From Plasmodiophora brassicae (Eukaryota), in the NCBI GenBank assembly GCA_036867785.1, contig CP145413.1:1054001-1118000 (forward strand): a stretch of DNA of 64,000 bases. Reading direction: 5' to 3'. Below are positions 61,758-64,000 of the stretch, piece by piece. The position numbers and the translations under genes are program-made. Numbering within the stretch: the first letter of the stretch is position 1; the number at the start of each line of letters is the position of its first letter. The notes beneath the pieces were generated by a model. The model was not told the DNA's origin. It ran no database searches and saw nothing but the letters and a program-made list of their open reading frames with translations.

Positions 61758-63050
61758 TTACTGGGCGTTCGTTTTCAACGAGGAGACACGTCTGGTGTAT
61801 GGGCGCGGCGCAGACCTGCGTACAAGGCTGACAGGGAAACCCATGTTAGCAAACAGGGCGGCCAGCCAACACACACACGAGCAGAACGGACCATTGAGCG
61901 CAGTCGGCATCCCGTTCGTCACGTGGCTGAGTATGTCAGTGCAGCCGAACGTGGAGTTCTGGCGCACCGACGACGGCCGCCCACAAAGCAAGAGCGGCGA
62001 CGTGCCTTGCACGTTGCCTGCGCGAACAGCAAACGTGTGGGTTGGAAGTCGCAGATAGCGTTGCCGAAAGATCAGGGCCGGGGGTTGCCGCGCTGTAAGC
62101 AACGACATGGGCACGGTGCGCCCCAGCCCATCTCTCCCAGGCGACAATGACGGGGAACACAGACCTGGTGCGAACGCCGGTCCGGAATAGAACGTGGTCA
62201 TGTGCGGCCGACCGGGACGGGTACGTCGGGAGCGCGGATTCGACCAGTTCTTCTCCACCCTGACATGGCTCCCGGGGCCGAACACCGACAGGGCTTGCTC
62301 CTGAACAACGATCGTTCATTCGGGCAGGGCAATGATTCTTGGTGGCAGACGCAGCAGTACCTCGTTTGTGTTCCGAGGCAGGGATATGACAACGTTATCG
62401 CTCATCAGACGCGCACACTCGATAACGTCGTGCACGTCCGGTTGAATCGCCCCGAGATCGTAAACCTGTTGCTGCGCGTAACCTGGTCCAGACCAGGGTG
62501 GGCACATGTACACGACGTCGGCACGGCCCTGAGCAGCATCAGCAACAGCGCTCAGCGGGCCGCATGATGCACGCGTTACCTTCAGCTTGGGCGCGACCTT
62601 GCGAAAGTCGCCGTGCACGAACGTGATCCTGTCTGCGACGCCATAGATCGACGCGTTCACCCAGGCGGCCGCTAGCTTGTCCCTGTCGTGGTCGATCGCG
62701 ATGACGTGGTCAAAGTCGAACGCCAGCGCGATAGCGTTGCCGCCAGCGCCGCAGAACCCCTCGACCGCGACCAGCTTGCTACGAAGCGACCCGCGGGCGC
62801 CTTGCACAGCCGAGAAGGTCGTGCGCGCTATGTGCAGAGCAATGGATTCCGGGCACACCGAGTACCACGATTCTACGCAGACCAGCATGTGATCAGTACC
62901 AGGTTGGTGAGCAACCCATTACCGGGTTTACGAACCGCGATCGAGGACGACGCCTCGGTCGTACAGGGAGAACAGGTCGTATCGATGAACGTAGTACTTT
63001 GTGACGTCCACGTCGTCGTGCACTCTGCGATTGTGCCAGCTGGTCAGCAT
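61758..63050 (-). CDS. TGS1: Trimethylguanosine synthase (TGS1-like RNA cap methyltransferase); both ends uncertain
   Basis: KYYVHRYDLFSLYDRGVVLDR|ESWYSVCPESIALHIA...VEGFCGAGGNAIALA...VIAIDHD...NASIYGVADRITFVHGDF...DVVYMCPPWSGPGY...LPRN...VEKN. Confidence 0.85.
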
Positions 63051-63084
63051 CTCGAAACAGCGCATTGGGGAATCACTGGGTACC

Positions 63085-64000
63085 TGTGGTCGCTTCGGTC
63101 CCCAGCTGCGTTGCGCCGGCGGTCGCCAACCGGCCGGGAACCTGCCGTGCCGACAGCAACTTTGGATTCGTTCGCCGATGTATCGCGCGCTGTCAGAGGC
63201 AGGCGGTTAGTTAGCATGCTGGGCCTGGGACCGCAGACGGGTACGTCGTACCGCGACGGATCTTGTCGCGTGTGGCGGCGAGCTCGATTTCGTCGCGAGA
63301 GAACAGATTACCCGACCCTACCAGGGACACGCGTCAGCGACAAACAGCAAGAGCGCGTATCGTCAGAGTCGTACTGGCCGCGAGCCTAGCAGCGGCGTTG
63401 TGGTACGAAATCGCCGTCGTCGTTGGGTCGGTCAGGGCGGTCGGTGGCATCGCGTGGAGAGCGTTTCGGATGCGGATGCAGGAGCCCACGATGGCCGTTT
63501 CTGCTGGGTGGGTGCGCGTCAGCGGCCACTGCCCAGGGCGCGCGTAACCGGCCAGCTTACCAGCGTCGATCGCCATCGTCCCCGACAGTGCCGTGTACGA
63601 CGCTGCGACCTGGACGCCCATACCCTTTCTGTAACCAGCCTCCGAACCCGACGGGCACGCGCCACTGTACCTCCGATCGAGGACGGTACCACGCGTAGGC
63701 GAGAATATCTCGACAGGCGATCGAACGTAACGTACCCTTAGGTAGGTTATTCCGGAAACCGATTCGACAATGAATCCCTGCGTTCAGTGGCCACTGCGGT
63801 TGCCGCCGGTGGTCGAACGGAATCGCACCCCGCCCAGCTCGCATCGGCCGACGTCGAACTGGGCAGTAGGCGCCCGTCGGGTCGGTGGCGGCGTGGGCCG
63901 CTCATGTTCCGCGCAGCAAACCCGAACCTGAGTTGGTCGAGGCTAGTGGCTTGGCTGCGGACTGCGGGATCGAACTCCGCCATTGCGCTAAACATAGCGG
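63085..64000 (-). other. Probable minus-strand exons of an unidentified gene, or a 5' extension of the TGS1-like gene
   Basis: Several GT...ctaac/ctgac...AG intron-like segments separate open stretches (e.g. ORF 63334-63621). No recognisable domain. Confidence 0.3.

Noticed and set aside
1-64000. Prokaryotic defence systems, CRISPR arrays, transposons, rRNA/tRNA
   Set aside because: I found no repeat-spacer array, transposase/RT/integrase motif or structural RNA signature by eye. Almost all sequence is explained by spliced eukaryotic genes. A covariance-model scan (tRNAscan-SE/Infernal) would be needed to exclude small RNAs.

Overview
This is gene-dense, GC-rich eukaryotic DNA with many short (mostly ~50-62 bp) GT-AG introns and very short intergenic gaps. 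It is not prokaryotic or viral. The compactness, intron size and centriolar/ciliary gene content suggest a flagellated protist; a plasmodiophorid such as Plasmodiophora is an inference I cannot confirm. I can support about 28 protein-coding genes. Recognisable ones: DES1/DEGS1 (3' end), a centlein-like giant coiled-coil protein, a MORN protein, PKD2, SLBP, a BRPF/JADE-like PHD protein, Erv-family oxidase, NOC1/CEBPZ, VPS24, an Sfi1-like protein, THADA/Trm732, CCT5, a macrodomain protein, RBX1, TAF2, MAP65/Ase1, a DDT-WHIM protein, TMEM220 and TGS1. The best candidate for an undescribed system is a tandem array of three paralogues at 12067-18275. Each has a signal peptide, a hypervariable acidic disordered region, one phase-1 intron, a strongly conserved three-hydrophobic-segment C-terminal domain that I do not recognise, and a shared spaced upstream motif. 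Two shorter genes at 60078-61622 have a similar architecture. I saw no RNA genes, CRISPR arrays or transposons. All exon boundaries were read by eye and family calls come from recalled motifs, not database searches.
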